Of a stretch of DNA of 64,000 nucleotides, positions 26,171-40,945 are shown in pieces. The notes beneath the pieces were generated by a model, which was not told the DNA's origin, searched no databases, and worked only from the letters and a program-made list of their open reading frames with translations. The first letter of the stretch is position 1. The number at the start of each line of letters is the position of its first letter. Both the position numbers and the translations under genes were made by a program. Origin of the DNA: Phoronis australis (taxonomy: Eukaryota > Animalia > Phoronida); NCBI GenBank assembly GCA_002633005.1, contig NMRA01000528.1, positions 237,956-301,955 of the forward strand, in the 5' to 3' direction.

Positions 26171-26737
26171 TGTCACACCAAGACAGCCCTGTGAACAAAT
26201 GAATCCCTGCTTTCTCATTAGAATAATCTAAAGGCTGCAAGAAATAGATAAAACATCATTTACAAGGTAATTGTTCTTTTTTCCTTTGCTTTGCCAAACA
26301 TGTTAAAGTTTAGATTATATCATTCTTAATCTATACCTCACTTTAGTTTCTGCCATTATTGCATCGGTAGTTTATATTGTAATACCTAGATATTTGTACA
26401 CATTTTACATCTAGACATAGAATTAATTTGTTGATACTAGAAACGGGTTGGTGTTTCGCTCATGCAGTGAGATAAATTGTTGAATACTTAGTTTGTTTTT
26501 TATTCACTAGATATAGGTGGCTTTCATGCAAGCGGCTCCTTCGCCCTTTGAAAGTCTCCTTTCCTTATTTTTGATATTTGAAAGTAATTAATGACTATTA
26601 AAGGTATAGTCTTAGAAAAACCTTAATTGTTCACCTTTGACTAACAAGTCCCACTCTTGTCATTTTAAGTTGTGTTTAGTAAGTAGGAACGACTTGTGTA
26701 GACGCACGACTATTTTTATTATGAATGACCAAATAAA

Positions 26738-26792
26738 CTATCTATCTGTCTATCTGTCTGTCTGCCTGCCTGCCTGCCTGCCTGCCTATCTA

Positions 26793-26882
<90 letters not shown>

Positions 26883-26900
26883 ACTATCTATCTATTTGTC
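26738..26900. repeat. Compound microsatellite (CTAT)n/(CTGC)n/(CT)n
   Basis: Directly visible. Confidence 0.98.
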
Positions 26901-27380
26901 TACTTATCTTGTTATAATGTTACTCTGCACATACGCCATTCTAAGAACCCTATTAGCAGTATAATACTAAGCTAAGCGTACAACGTGCAGGGGAAAGTTT
27001 TGAATCATTGAGCTCAGTGTGCACAATCAAAAAAGGGCACGGGCATGGTAAAGCAATCACTGTGGAGTGTAGCTTGTGGTTGTTGGGAGACACTGACCTG
27101 CTTTGCCAAAGATTTTACAATATCTTTGGCTTTGCTCAATTAATTGACTTCATTTTTATCAGTTCTGTCAATCATGCGCCACATAAAATAGCACCGTCTA
27201 AGGCGCAAATTCTAGTATAAATGAACTCCCTAACGTAGGTCACCCCTCCAAGCGGTGTCGTCACCTGGTGACTGTCACAGGACCATCCATCCTCGATTTT
27301 GGGGCCGAATATCGCCCCATGAACCTCTGCAAAATATCATGAGAAATTACCCTCACGAAGGCCAAAACTTCCCTCTCGAA

Positions 27381-28583
27381 TATGGCGTGTTATGTGTTGA
27401 AAAATTCAATGTTCAAAAAATTAGGTTTGATGTAATTATGCGTATTCGATACCTTATATTTATATTTGATCTTATAATATGTACATTTGATGTCAAAATA
27501 TTTGTATTCCATAATGAAAATACTTATGTGCGATAACTTAGTATATATGTTCGATGTTTCATTTTATATGTTCGATGTTTCGTTTTATGTGTTCGATGTT
27601 TCTTTTGATATGTTCAATAACGGAATTATGGGTATTATGAAACGACGTCCCTGATTGGTTCCTATTAAATAAATGGCGGCTACCGAAGAAGAGTTGCTTC
27701 CTCATTTTTTCGACAATTTAGCCCATTTCATCGATATTTGTGAACACGAATTCAGTTCATGCGATTCAGAGGTGGTTAATGATGCTATGCAACAGATAGA
27801 TGCCTATTTATACGCCCTTAAGTCCATTGACGAGCGATTTCGCGAGGAACTCGGTTCTGACCCTAACCAGCCAACGATATCAATGGCACCATAGACTATA
27901 GTACATCTGTTGTCTATAATCTATGATGGCATGATATAGGGTAAAGTGAAAACGTGCATTTTAAAATGTGTCGATTTTTGACGGTGTAATCGACACATTT
28001 CGTTTCTCATGCCGGTCGGCACTTAGTCCGCGGCATCACGACCGCCAACGAAAGGAAAGACCGGCCTGCCAGCGCTCCGCCCTCGGCACCGCAGACACCG
28101 CAAGCTGCCGGACTTGACCCCGTGGACCGCCGTCTGGGGAGTTTTAACACTGAGATACCCGGGACAGGACTAGGGACTGTATCCCGGCCTGCCGATGACC
28201 CCACTGTATGCTTACCTTGGTTATATTTTCAAAACACCTTTGAGAAAGCGACACAAATGGCCAATAATCGACACATTTCACAGCCGTCGTTTCAATTTAC
28301 CCAGAGTTCCATTATTGAATGTAACCGGAAAACATCGAACAGAAATTTTCAAAACATTGAATACAATAGTAATGAACATTGAAGACATATAATCTTATGA
28401 AACATAAATGTAGATAACATTGAATATAAGATCAAATATAAATATAAGAAGATCAAATATAAATATAAGAAGATGAAATATAAATATATGAAGATCAAAT
28501 ATAAATATAAGATATCCAATACATATAATTACATCAAACCTAATTTTTTGAACATTGAATTTTGCAACACATAACACGCCATA
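27381..28583 (+). mobile_element. Non-autonomous TIR transposon, IS3EU-like
   Basis: TIRs over 100 bp with ends TATGGCGTGTTATG...CATAACACGCCATA. Perfect 6-bp TSD CTCGAA (27375-27380, 28584-28589). ~21-bp subterminal tandem repeats. TAYGG ends with a 6-bp TSD match IS3EU. Confidence 0.8.
27673..27894 (+). pseudogene. Probable truncated N-terminus of the element's protein (MAATEEELLPHFFDNL...)
   Basis: aaATGGCG start after a CCAAT box (ctgattgg) just inside the left TIR; acidic 73-aa ORF. Confidence 0.4.
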
Positions 28584-29080
28584 CTCGAATGATAAAAATT
28601 CCCTTGCAGTACGGTTTAAATCACATGTAACTCACACAGCCGACTATTTGAAACAACACACGTTTTGGCTACTTGAGGTGGGGGTTCAGTCGATGCTGAC
28701 CAGGAAGGTGGACTCATAAAATTTTTCCATGACCTAAAAAAATTCCCGTCTCAGAAGGTATAACCACTTTTCCCGAAAGGCGAACGAGATCCCTGTGTCA
28801 TCTCAAATGCTAAATCCACAGGTAGTGGAAACGGCCGAGGAATTCCTGGGGACCGCCGTATTGAAGTCACGCCATTACGCAGAATAGTGAAAGTTGAACC
28901 TCGTTTTGTCCATCTGACGTCACACGCATGCTTGTGCCTCTAGTGGAGGTCGAGGTCATGGATCAGTTAGTGGAAAGCCCGCTCATGCAAAACCTTTAAC
29001 GACAAACAGATGACGCTTCTCACAAATCACGTTTCATTTTATCGCTAGCTCAAGTAAGACTGTCTGTCAGATGACCTACA

Positions 29081-29082
<2 letters not shown>

Positions 29083-29118
<36 letters not shown>
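29083..29118. repeat. (CTG)n microsatellite
   Basis: About 12 units. Confidence 0.97.
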
Positions 29119-31237
29119 AGTTAGCCACAGGTCACGAGAGTTCATAAACCAGAAAGTGTATGTCCTGATGCTATACTTAATGTGTAAGCAAACACTGCGT
29201 GTGTTATCTTCCCAGTGTAGCCCTGTGAGCTATAAAGATGACTCGACTGTACCCGCAAGCCAGCCAGCGCATGACACGCTGTCCGCGAATGCTGTGTAAA
29301 CCAAAGCACGGTGGCCATATATGGAAGCCTGGCAATTTTCAGAATAAAATTTGAAATTTTGAATACTAACGAGGTTTTAAAATGTTGGTAACATAAAGAA
29401 ATGTAAATATGTGAACCTTGCATTGCTTAAACGGTCATTATAAGGCCGTGAAATAAATAATTATTATTATTTGACCGGGAATTGCTGCCGTTATGGCTTG
29501 GGATCTATTGCCAGTTTACGAATTGCACCGCATATAATTTATAATAGTTTAAAATTACCTCGATGCCTTTCATAGCCACATGATAATCTAGTTATTGAAC
29601 AGAGCTTGATTATCGGTTATTTGCAAGCCGGATAGGACGATCAGCTGGAGAGGAGACACTCTCATCAACCGTCGTATTGCCAAAATATACATGAAGTTAA
29701 TTTTTGTTAGCTTTAGCCCAAAAAGATCCCATTTAATACCTCAGAAATTTTTTTGAACTTTCCCTCAACCTTGAAAATAATTGAACTGAAACTTTAGTGG
29801 CTGATCTAGGATATCATAAAGGGGCTGGCCCAACATTTTGTCTTCGCGAGAATCGCACAAAGTACAATTGCGTGGGTGCACCCATGGGGAGATCGGAAAA
29901 AAGATGGGAAACCGATTGCGCCGGCGATCTGACACTTGCAATTGGGTTTGAGACCCCCACGAACATAACCTAAAACTGCATCGTCAAATCTTGTTTTAAC
30001 GGCATGTAAATTGCTGAGGTTAGTCAATAAACTCAATATTTCCTGACGCTCATGCTGTTCTATTTTTTCCTGCAGACAAGGGTAGGGAGGAACGCGGCCC
30101 GGGCCCATCCCCCTAAGTCCGCTAATGAATTTCACTGAAACACTGCTGTCCGCCGAAGTAGCGTATACATGGGTAAAAATTGCCTAAAACTAGTTGTAAT
30201 TGTCTACTTCACGTTATACTAAGGGATATTAATTACATCTAGTATTATTAGGAACAGATAACCACTTCCTGGTATTACTTGTCTTAGTGCCTTATTCATC
30301 TTAGCGTGGCGAACTGGTAATTTGTACACTTTTAAACGACAATTCAAAATGTCGTGTTATAGAGTCTGCTGTGAAACAACTTGACACGCCGCGGAACTAA
30401 AGTTTTAAGAAGGCGTTCGCATTATTAATTTTTACCGTTATTAGTTTTTCCACCACTCAGTGTACCCATTTTATGCGACCATGATGTGGGGAATCGCCGT
30501 TTTTTGTGTCAATAACAAGCACACTTCCATATTATTGGCCATCCACAACGAGAAGGACAAGAATAATGTTCACACAGAAACAACACATTGAGATACTGTA
30601 ACCACTTCAAACAATAAAGTGTTGATTTATTTCAAAATATATTTATTTCAAAATATCACCATCAAGCAGGTAAATCACACCGTGTCAGTAAAAGCGAAAT
30701 GTCTAGCAGGTACACAGTTACTGTACCAAACTGGTACCATACATGCACTCCACTTCAGCAAAAGTTAGATTTCAACCAACTCTAAATAAATCCTTCAATT
30801 CAGTTGAATCCGACATTTACGGGCACACAATTATGTTCCTAGTACATTTATAATGATAACTCACCGCCACAAAATTAATCTACATACCCAGGCATTATAG
30901 ACAGTAAGTATCGGAAGACCACGAACAGAAAAGAAAACAAAATTGATGGTTTTCCTCAAGTAAGACCGTTGCATGTGTTAATAGCTTGCCGGGCTACAAA
31001 ACATTTGTCTACCGTCTCAATATAACATTGTTGGGTGTAGCATTCTTGGGATACAGTAACCCTTCCTTCGATCCTGTTCTATTCTTAGTAACCTGGCTAT
31101 ATTAATAAATTTTTGAATTGGTGTCCACTCTGTAAAAATGCACAACTATTAATATTGTAGGCATTTTTTGTGTTTCTTCGTTGCTAGAAAACGACAAATA
31201 TCTTGGTCACTAAACCCTTAAAGACATATCGGACATT

Positions 31238-31437
31238 GGGCGCACCCAAAAAAGGTCCGAGTTAACGAGACAAAAATCCCGAGGAATTCGGCGGGTGCAC
31301 TATTCGTAGGCCTGAACCTAGTGGCCCCGTTTTTGTTTCTTTTTTGTTTCTTTTTTAGTCCTCGTTGATATTTTTCAGTAAAAGGTCCGCATACCGAAAA
31401 ACTCGATCCCTCTATATTTTAGGCTGGGTGGGCGCAC
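31238..31437 (+). mobile_element. Short MITE family; other copies at ~25520-25733 and ~58975-59013
   Basis: Shared internal sequence (aaaggtccg..accgaaaaa.tcga.cccc..tattt.aggctgggtgcgca); GCGCACCC / GGGTGCGC-type ends. Confidence 0.6.
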
Positions 31438-34400
31438 ACGGACTAAGAAGGAAAGTCAAGTAAAAGACCATGAAACCTCGACTTAAGTTGGTGTTCTAGT
31501 GACCAAATTAAGTTGAACAATATTGTTTCTGCGATATGATTCGCACCCACAAAATCATTTTATTTCAGTTTCAATATTTAAACGTCGAAAGACCAAAAAT
31601 TATATCATTGATTCTCTATCTAAGTAATCTTGATACTAGAAATCAAACTTTATTTTTTTATTTTTCATGTTTTCTGCTATAACTAAAGACCCTTTAATTC
31701 TGTGCTCAGGTAAGCAATGATTTTCTTGGATGATTTTCAAAAAATCCTAGTTTGCAGTTGATAATCCTAACATAAAAGATATGGGTTTTTGCTTGAAATC
31801 TCGCGTTGTTATCAATATTGGTTCCTCGATTCTACACTGTACACATCTCCACTAACATGGATCATCAGCAAGATGGCGGACCACTCCGCACAACGAAAAC
31901 CACGTGACTTAAACTCTAGTTATATATCCCATTGGATTAGACTGCGCGAAAGTAGTTCACTTCTATCATTTTGCTCGGTAGACGGCGCTTTTTTAAACAT
32001 GGTGGCTCGCGGTTTCTGGTTTAGGCAGTAAGCCTATCGCGTTTTTGAATCAATAAATGTTACTGAACAACTGTTGTAAATGCGGGCTCAGATCAATCTC
32101 CGAACCGGGAATCTAACCTGGACCAGCCATGTAGGCCTACTCCTGCACGGTGGCACTTGCTTAAAAAGTGAGTTAAAAGGGGTCTGAATTGAAGATAAAT
32201 TGGTGATTTTCGACACATTTCTGTGACTGGCGCTTGGACTTCGACTTCAGAGTTCAGTCGTATCACACCTAACTACGTTGGAAACCAGTCGGATATAATG
32301 TTCCCTGGTATTGAGAATGACGCTATCAATTCAGTGCAGGTTCACTAGTTATACCTCAATGAAGGTTGTTAGTTGTAGCCAGATGGGACACAACAGTGAC
32401 AGCAAATGTCTGGAATTGACCAGGCAAATACACCTGTTGTTGGTCACTTTATACTAGGGGAAAATGGAAAACGAACAACAGGATAAGGACATGGTCGAAG
32501 AAAGTTGAACAACTGAATAACATTCCTCAACGACAGAGATTTGTAACATGCACTACTGCGCATGCGCTAAATCTTGCCAGCAGCCCTCCATAAGAACACA
32601 AGAACAGGCTATAAATCATTCGACCCTGAGCACCATATGGCATAAACAGCTTAATAGTCTGGCTGCGCTGCGGAATGTCTACCCCCTTGACGTCGGAGGT
32701 TACTTCACGCAGAACTAGGTCAGAAGCACTGCACATAATTAAAACCTCGTCACTCAGTCATTAGTAAACATATACTTAGCAAATTTTCAGCCACAGATCT
32801 TGAGTAAAATTAATGAGCTTCATGTTGATATAAAATTTATCCAAGTTCAATATTAATAAAGGGTTCAACAAATAGTTTTACTTTTTGTTTTCCAGAAACA
32901 AAGACATTTGTTAACAAATAATCCATTTGAATTTCTAGATAACATGTCTAGAAAGGTTTCCATGTGGCATATCCCCGTCATAATCTAGATCACTGAATTC
33001 TGTATCTAAATCTGACCACTGAGTGCCATCAGTATCCACCCTTTCACATCCATAATCAGTGAAGTCTATATCTAAATGTGACCAGTGTCATCAGTATCCA
33101 TACTATCCTCCATAATAAAAACTTCAAGAACTGTGAGAGAGCAGCAGAGATGATGCCCGTATAATATCAAGGCAGCAATTTCAAGTGAATATATGCATAG
33201 TGCTAGTCACAGAGAAGTAAATGAACATTTTGTTGTTGTTTCTGGCCAGATCAAATAAAATAAACAGGAGCACCCTAGCAGATGATTAAGTGGTTACAGC
33301 AGTGTTATGTAATACCAATTAGGCTCCAATTCAGGGCAGTTTGCTTCATGTCTTCAAATCAAACAAATATAATATATTTCATGGAGGAACATCTCTATAA
33401 CCTTTCAAAAGGTACCACAACAGCCACTACAAAGTTAACACGCTTTCTGGTTTTTCCTTGAATTGTGAAGAAATGGTTCTAAAATCCAGAAATAACAACC
33501 AATAGGCATTAACTTCACAAACAACAAGTTAATAGAGAATCTGGTGTCTCAGTCCTCATTGGACAGAAGACTGGAAATACCGTATATTTAAACTTAAACC
33601 AATAAGTTGCTGCCTTCCATCCTTCCTGAAGGCGTGATCCGCCTGTGAGATACATTGTTTAGATAAGGTGGCACTGAATAGTTAGGCTGCGGTCGCGGCC
33701 AATTTGCACTCCCAAAATATTGAAATTTTGGGGTAGGTCAAGTTTGGGGGCATTTTGTAGGTGGACATTGCACGTAGGCTCAGTGAATGTGGTTTGTTTG
33801 TATTTGTGAACATGCTGTGAATAAAAAAGGCCACTTTCTTGACTGTAGCTGCACTCTTCTTCAAGCTGGCGGCCCCCCGGCTGCAATTGTGCATTGTTGG
33901 GTAGCGACCGAAAAATTGGCTGTGATTTTAGGTAGCCCTCAAACAAGCAAGAATTGCCAAAAAACTAGTTGGTTGACAGTACTTTTGGACCACATTTTCG
34001 GAATCGGTAGGAAATTTGCTTTCAGACTCTAATGTTGGCTTTAGTCGTGCATCGGCAGGGAAGTGGTGTTTTTCGGGTGAAAAGTGCTGATTTTGCATTT
34101 TTTTACCCTTATTTTTCTTAGTCTAGCTTGGTTTTCAGTGGGGATGAAATGGTCAAAAATACAAGAAAGAATAAAGTTTCTGTGCTCATCTGCTGGGCTT
34201 TATAAGTGAAATAATTGAAAACATGCCATTCTTTGCATCCTGTTTTTGAGAGAGTGAAGAAAAGGTTACAAATCAAGTGATGTGTGTTTTGCTGGGCAAA
34301 ACCCAGTGAGAACTGTTCTGTGCCACCTTTGGCCTAACCCTGAGTTAAAACAAACAGTCACGCCATATGGCGGGATCAGGAGGAATGAGATAATCAGGAA

Positions 34401-37400
34401 TTTATAAGTGAGGGGAGATAACTACACAGTTTGCCGATAGCCTGTCGCATAGAGTGTATGTTAAGACTTGTTACTGCCAAACTTCAGCGTCATTGGTGAA
34501 AAATTTTCCACGTCTCTTGAAGTTTGAAGTTTGCCCATTCAGGCCTATGTTAACGATCGTCCGGAAGCCAATATTTGAGCACATACACTGTAGCTCATTT
34601 TGAAGTCAAGTTTGTGGCTGAATTCATTTTGCCATCGGATTTGCCGATAGCGTAGGAGATTACCATTAGTACTCAGAGGTTGCTGGTCCAAATTTCATGC
34701 TGTTTTTCAAAAAATTTTCCACGTCTCTTGTGTTCAGAAAATGGATTCACGTACAGTGCTGTGAGATGAAATGTTACCGATCGCCCGGCTGTCTTGCAAT
34801 GGAATTTGCACTCTGTATAGATAAAAGATTAGCTCAGAATCTCTAAGAAACTGCTATGTTCATTTTCTCATCCGGTATGAATTTAGAAATACTTTCGAAG
34901 TTAGAAAAAAAGTCGGATTTTATACAGTTTTATGCAGATTTTTCGCCTGTAAGATAATTGATACTAGTTGTCTTCAAAACGTTGTTTCGTTTTTTTGTGA
35001 TCCACAGAACGTTGTCCTTTCGTCTTAAGATAATACTGTTACACTGGAGTGGATTTCGGACACAAATATGTATTGGCAAACAGCTGAAGATTAATAGCAA
35101 GCGCTTTGGCAGCCCGCTTAAGGCTGCAAGCACACGCCGGCTGGCTGGCGTTCCGAAGAATTCAGTTTTGCTGTGCTTATGTGTAGGCCTGTAAGTTAAC
35201 ATAGAGCTGTGACCCCAATGACCCAGCTACCACTGTCATACTGTAGACTGTGGAATTCCAGAAATTCAAAAGACTGTTATTGTAAACTTCACAAGTATTG
35301 CTCTGCAGACTAAAGTCGGGCTCACGGTACTAGCGCCCAAGCTTCTTGACCTTTAACCTTACTATGCGTTGTTATGATAGGTTAGGGACATGGCGCAAAG
35401 CGTCACCTAGCGGATCCAGAATGTTACAAATTTCTGGCGTTGTATTATTCAGTGGATTAGACAGTGACCACCGTCTCTAACTGGTCCCATTGATAGATTT
35501 TCGGTGACTTATGCCTCACACCGATTAAAACATTAAAGCCATGTTGTTTAAGTACCTTTTGCTCATAAAGGGACACATTAGGTACCCATTAATAGCTTTA
35601 ATTTCTTCCAACTCAAACAAATACTCCTGTAATGTAACTTTTTCTTCAATCAGTCCTTCGTTCACTTGCCAAAATCGTCAACAGGCCAGTTTTACACTGC
35701 GCGCCCACCCATTTTTACCACGCCCGCCAGTGCGAGGCAGAATTTGCCTTAAATCTTTCGGCGTATGTTACTATCAGTGGATGAAACTTGTTATATCCAT
35801 GTCAGGGACCATTATATCCAAGTAGAGTCATATTTTGTAATTCTGTAACCATAGACTTTCTGCCAAAGGTTAATTAAACATATTTCCCATCTGTAGTACA
35901 AAAATTGATCAGCTTGATTAAAATTTTACAGCCGTAAGTCAACTCACTTGAACACAGATCTATAATTGTAGGAGGCACATCAGTCATACTAGTAAGAATT
36001 GACAGCCTTTGCTATTTACGTATATTAAATTTGAGATCATGAACTGCAATACTCCTCTGAAAAGGCAGTCAAAGACATGCATATTATGTGGCAAACTGAT
36101 ATACTCTCATGCACACAAAGTTAAAAAATGCTGCATTAAAGCAGAGGTACTTGGATGTTTTAACACGTTTACCATTCAATTCAACATTTTGCTGGACATT
36201 AGGCCTGTGTTTATCTGTAGCTCATGGATTTCGTTTTGTTCAATAATCACAAAGCTGCAGAAATCAGCAAGAATGGATGTCAGCATTCTCATTGCTCAGT
36301 CTGAAGATCGACAGAAACATGTACTAATTGATTCGCATTCTGATTCTAAGAAGCCAACAGGCGAAAGAGATTGTTAAGTTTTGAGTCCAAGTCAGTTGAC
36401 CATGGGTATTCAGTATTGGAGGATTATTAACAACCCAACTCTTTCTTGTCAAACGTATCTAAAGATTCAACTGAGCAACTTGATCAACTGTTGTTTAAAA
36501 TCAGTACATCTTTGGATAATCTTTGTACGACTTCAGAAAAATGTGTGCTTAGACTTCCCATGAAGGACCTGGGTGACAAGCCGCTTCTTTAGAAAGATGA
36601 CGGCAACCTGTCCAATTACTGGTTGCAGATTCGCCACTCAAGATGCATGATGTTGTTAAACGAGTGTATGAACAGTGCTTCATGTCAGTTCCAAGACGGC
36701 AAAAAGATTGTGGCAAGGGACTTAATGGGTGTGTAGCGCACACTTGTGTTCCTGCAAGCAAACTGTGTCAAGGAGTGTTTGTGACAGCATTATGAATTTG
36801 CATTGATGGGTTCTCATAATTGGTGGATTTAGCTCATAGTTTCAAATTAAGTGCTAATGTCATGTTGATGGCTTAATTGGTGTTAGAGCTTCCAATGGTA
36901 ATAAAATCATTGTCACAGTTTCAACTTCCACTAGCTGTGAATGTGTGAGTATGGCTGCTATCTTAATCGGGATTACAATTTCCACAAACCAATGTCTTCA
37001 TCATCCTAGAATTTGGATTTGAAACTGACTTCAGAGACAACACTTATCAAAAAGTACAATCTTTTAGCATTTTTTAGAATTTTGCAGGACTGCATAGATG
37101 TCCTTTAATGGACTCAGATGTTTCTATTTTTACTAACACAGCGCCTCCTTGATATTTGTCAGTTTTGATGTGCCAATTAGTGACGATTAACTTTTTTTAA
37201 AAAGACCTTGTACTTCTTAAAAATTGAATACAAAAATCAATCTTCTATGGAAAACTTGGGAATAGTACTTGAATATTTAAAGCTCCCAAAACCTGGACGT
37301 ATGGAAGGTAATGAACGGTAGCCTAGACTCGGCGATTGATGTCATCCACCTTGTTCTTTTGGAATATAGCATGAAGCGCCAAAGGGTACCTTGCTGTGCT

Positions 37401-39229
37401 TATTCAATGCGCACTCTTGCTTAATCAATGCGTAAGATTGTTTATTTGGCTTGCTGAATTAATTATTCGTTGTGTCCAATCAATCACAAGTTTAGAGTCA
37501 GTACAGAGTTAATGGCACCCTCATTAATACGCTTAATCGACCAGTCTTCGAAACAGGCCTTGCACGCATGCAAAAAGTCTTCCACCATCTTGAGATTTAA
37601 GGGCATGGAGATGATTGAACTTTATGAACTAATTGAAAGTATGTGTCGAATGAGCAATAGAAGGCATTGAATTCTGTGCAGAAAGGTTTTCATTTAAGAA
37701 CCATCTCAGTGCATTGAATAACTAACTCATACCATTGATTAAGCAAAAGCAAGCGTTGAATAAACACATTTTAAAGATGGTAGATGTATGTCTCATTAAA
37801 TTACGAACATGCAAATGAAGTACTCGTTTACAAACAACCCCAAATCTTCCAGTGCGCCAGAAACAAACCGAGAACTAGTTACCATTACAATCTCGCTAAA
37901 GTTTCATTTTGCAGAAATTTTATTATGTAAATCAGTAAGGTAATATATCATTGTTACCCAAGTGAAACGAGGCATACTTTTTATCATTTGTTGATTTGAC
38001 TATCAAATAACGATTGCGTGTAATATTTTGAATCAATAGGGTTTTTTACATGTTCTCACTTGGTTTTAAGTGTATCAGTTGTGGTGTTTTCTTTAAAACC
38101 ACAATTTGTTTACAAATTGTTTCTTTTCCTGGTTATACTTGTACACAGTTCTCTAGGAAGTGACTAGGTGGGGCTTGATTCAAATTTAAATATTCAGGGT
38201 TTTACAGTGGCATAGCTTCTTTAATGCGCAGAAAGATTTTCATTTAATAACCCTGTTGGTGGAAGAGCCTCAGCAATGCTAAAATGGCGTGAAACGCTTT
38301 CTGCAGGATGAGAATTTAAATCATTTGAACCTATACATGTATGAAGGTTGGTACGATCACACAACATGGTGTTCATTGTCTCGCACCAATTTCGTGCTCA
38401 TGAAGCCACCTTTCCCGTACAAGTTGATGTCAAGACTGTCGTCACGTAAGTGAAATTTGTAGCTTAGGATTTGTGAGCAATGTAGTTTTGCAGACTTCTT
38501 ATGCTTATAAAAGTATACAAACACTCGCGGAATTATAAGCCCAGTTCATAATTTTGAATGATTATTCACCCATTTTCGACAATTTGACTTTATTTGGAAG
38601 GAGTGTCGAACAATAGTCCTCAGAATCGACAGTTGAACACAATGTTACGTGACATTCTGAAACAACGAATTACATGTTTTAGCTCAAATAGAAGACTAGA
38701 TTACTATTTTATCTCAGTCACTGTATTGTAATGAGTGCTTACTTATTAATAATAAATTTTGTTTTAAACGAAAAATAAGAGCTTGAACTTACATGAGTTG
38801 CCGGTTTTGAGAGTATAAAAGAAGAAAGAATTTACATCCAGCATCACTCCCTGCACGCTTCTGCTGCTGTATCAAAGGTATGCATAGCGCATATGATTGA
38901 GACAGAGCCATGGGGATGGCAGCTCATTTGCCGACTAAATAGTGCCCCAACAAAAACGGCAAAAAAACTAATTCAAATCTAGCGAAAAAGCTTTGTTATG
39001 TATGCATACAGTATATCTACACTGAGAACTAAGATGTTAACATGAACGTGCAACACAATATCGATTGTGTGCTTTTATGCGCCTACATACATATTTTTAT
39101 ATCTTGCTTCTGTTGAGGTCTGTTGAGGATGGATGAGACACCATGTTCAGTGTATCATCTACCAGTATCTCCATCGAGCGTTCAATCAGGGGACCAGCCG
39201 ACAAGTCCTGGTGTTTTTTCTTTCGATGC

Positions 39230-39390
39230 ATAAAATGATGAGTCGTGCAATGTCAACTTTGAATCTGGTGTTAAGCCAGGAAATTGTTTCCAATCTGATT
39301 AAAGTTTCTCTGGATCTTTTGGTATTCTGAACAGCATCTTATGCCGAATCCCAGTTAAGAACTTCAGTTGTGCACAAGCGCTAATTTTAT
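39230..39390 (-). pseudogene. Decayed THAP-domain remnant (transposon-derived)
   Basis: Minus strand LVHN*SS ... MLFRIPKDPEKL*SDWKQFPGLTPDSKL followed by a frameshifted C..HF-like end. Confidence 0.35.
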
Positions 39391-40021
39391 CAGTGCACTG
39401 GAATTCAATTTCGTTTCGGTGGAATGTGCAAACGCTACCCAGTCTCTCAAAAATATTTACACTCTTGACGTGGTGTGAGCCGGTTTGACGGTATTAAATT
39501 ACCCGGAAGATGAAACTGAACTGAGTTGAACTGTCTCAAACATGCAATATGAACTCAAGGTTTAAATTTATTATTTTTACATTGCATGAAACTATCTAAA
39601 TTAATTACTAACATACTCAATTTTCATTGCTTGAATTGTTGTGTCGAACAGCTCGCTAAATGTTGCAAGTAAAAAAGATATTGCGAGACTAGAACGCGTT
39701 TGCATGTGAAGTGTTCTCGACATGAAAGACATTTACGAACGAGCTGACAGTTAGTGAATTGTCGTGTAAAAGCTTCGCGGGCACATCGATAAACCGAGAA
39801 ACACTGGATCACAGATCTAGACCACCTTTTGCAAAATCAAAGTGCTTAATGTGCGATGAATGCTACTCTAATGATCCCAGTTACTGAGAACAGTTATTTC
39901 TCGAACAACCATGTTTAGTGTTACTTTTCGCAATCACTTTTGTAAATATTTTATGCAGAAATGCTACTTGCGATGGAGATTGTCAACATAAAAGAACTCT
40001 TTCTCTGTATAGTGCTTTTGC

Positions 40022-40054
<33 letters not shown>

Positions 40055-40161
40055 GTAGTGCGTGTAGATCTCATGCTCAGTGTACGATATTGTCTCGCAT
40101 TCTAAAATTTCATTGCTGAGAACTGGTGTTTGCGAAACATGACCAAGCCATGATCCGCTGT

Positions 40162-40945
40162 GCTGATATTTATGTTTCTACTGTACACATTTTTGTACAG
40201 TACGGTAGATTTAAAGTTGTTTGGAACGTGAAAAATAGCATAAAACAAGAAAGTAAACGTTACCCATCTTCTATGAAACCAGTGTCATGTCGTGGAGTAC
40301 ACGTTTTTTTTTGTAAATTTGGTAAATATATTGAGTTTCAGATGAGTTTGGAGTATTTTTCTTTACGTTTGAAAGTTGACCAAACAGACACGCCTTCGTG
40401 ATCGTCAATTTAAGTCCAACATTACAGTCCCAAAATGCATTGTGGTGCCATATTTGGAAATGGCCTGATGACCTCAGAGAGGTGAAAGGTCGCCGAAAGC
40501 AAAACAGTGATGGCTAATTTCGAAAGCACATCGACGCCTCGATTGGCTCAAANCGCTGATATTTATGTTTCTACTGTACACATTTTTGTACAGTACGGTA
40601 GATTTAAAGTTGTTTGGAACGTGAAAAATAGTATAAAACAAGAAAGTAAACGTTACCCATCTTCTATGAAACCAGTGTCATGTCGTGGCGTACACGTTTT
40701 TTTTTGTAAATTTGGTAAATATATTGAGTTTCAGATGAGTTTGGAGTATTTTTCTTTACGTTTGAAAGTTGACCAAACAGACACGCCTTCGTGATCGTCA
40801 ATTTAAGTCCAACATTACAGTCCCAAAATGCATTGTGGTGCCATATTTGGAAATGGCCTGATGACCTCAGAGAGGTGAAAGGTCGCCGAAAGCAAAACAG
40901 TGATGGCTAATTTCGAAAGCACATCGACGCCTCGATTGGCTCAAA
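40162..40945 (+). repeat. Tandem duplication (period 393 bp) across a single N; likely allelic contig overlap
   Basis: 40162-40552 and 40555-40945 differ by two substitutions that I can see; junction is the n at 40553. Confidence 0.9.

Noticed and set aside
26637-26975. Hydrophobic ORFs here and at 57435-57914
   Set aside because: They are translations of microsatellites.
38307-38445. Open frame bounded by AG and GTAAGT on the + strand
   Set aside because: No recognisable protein and no partner exons found.
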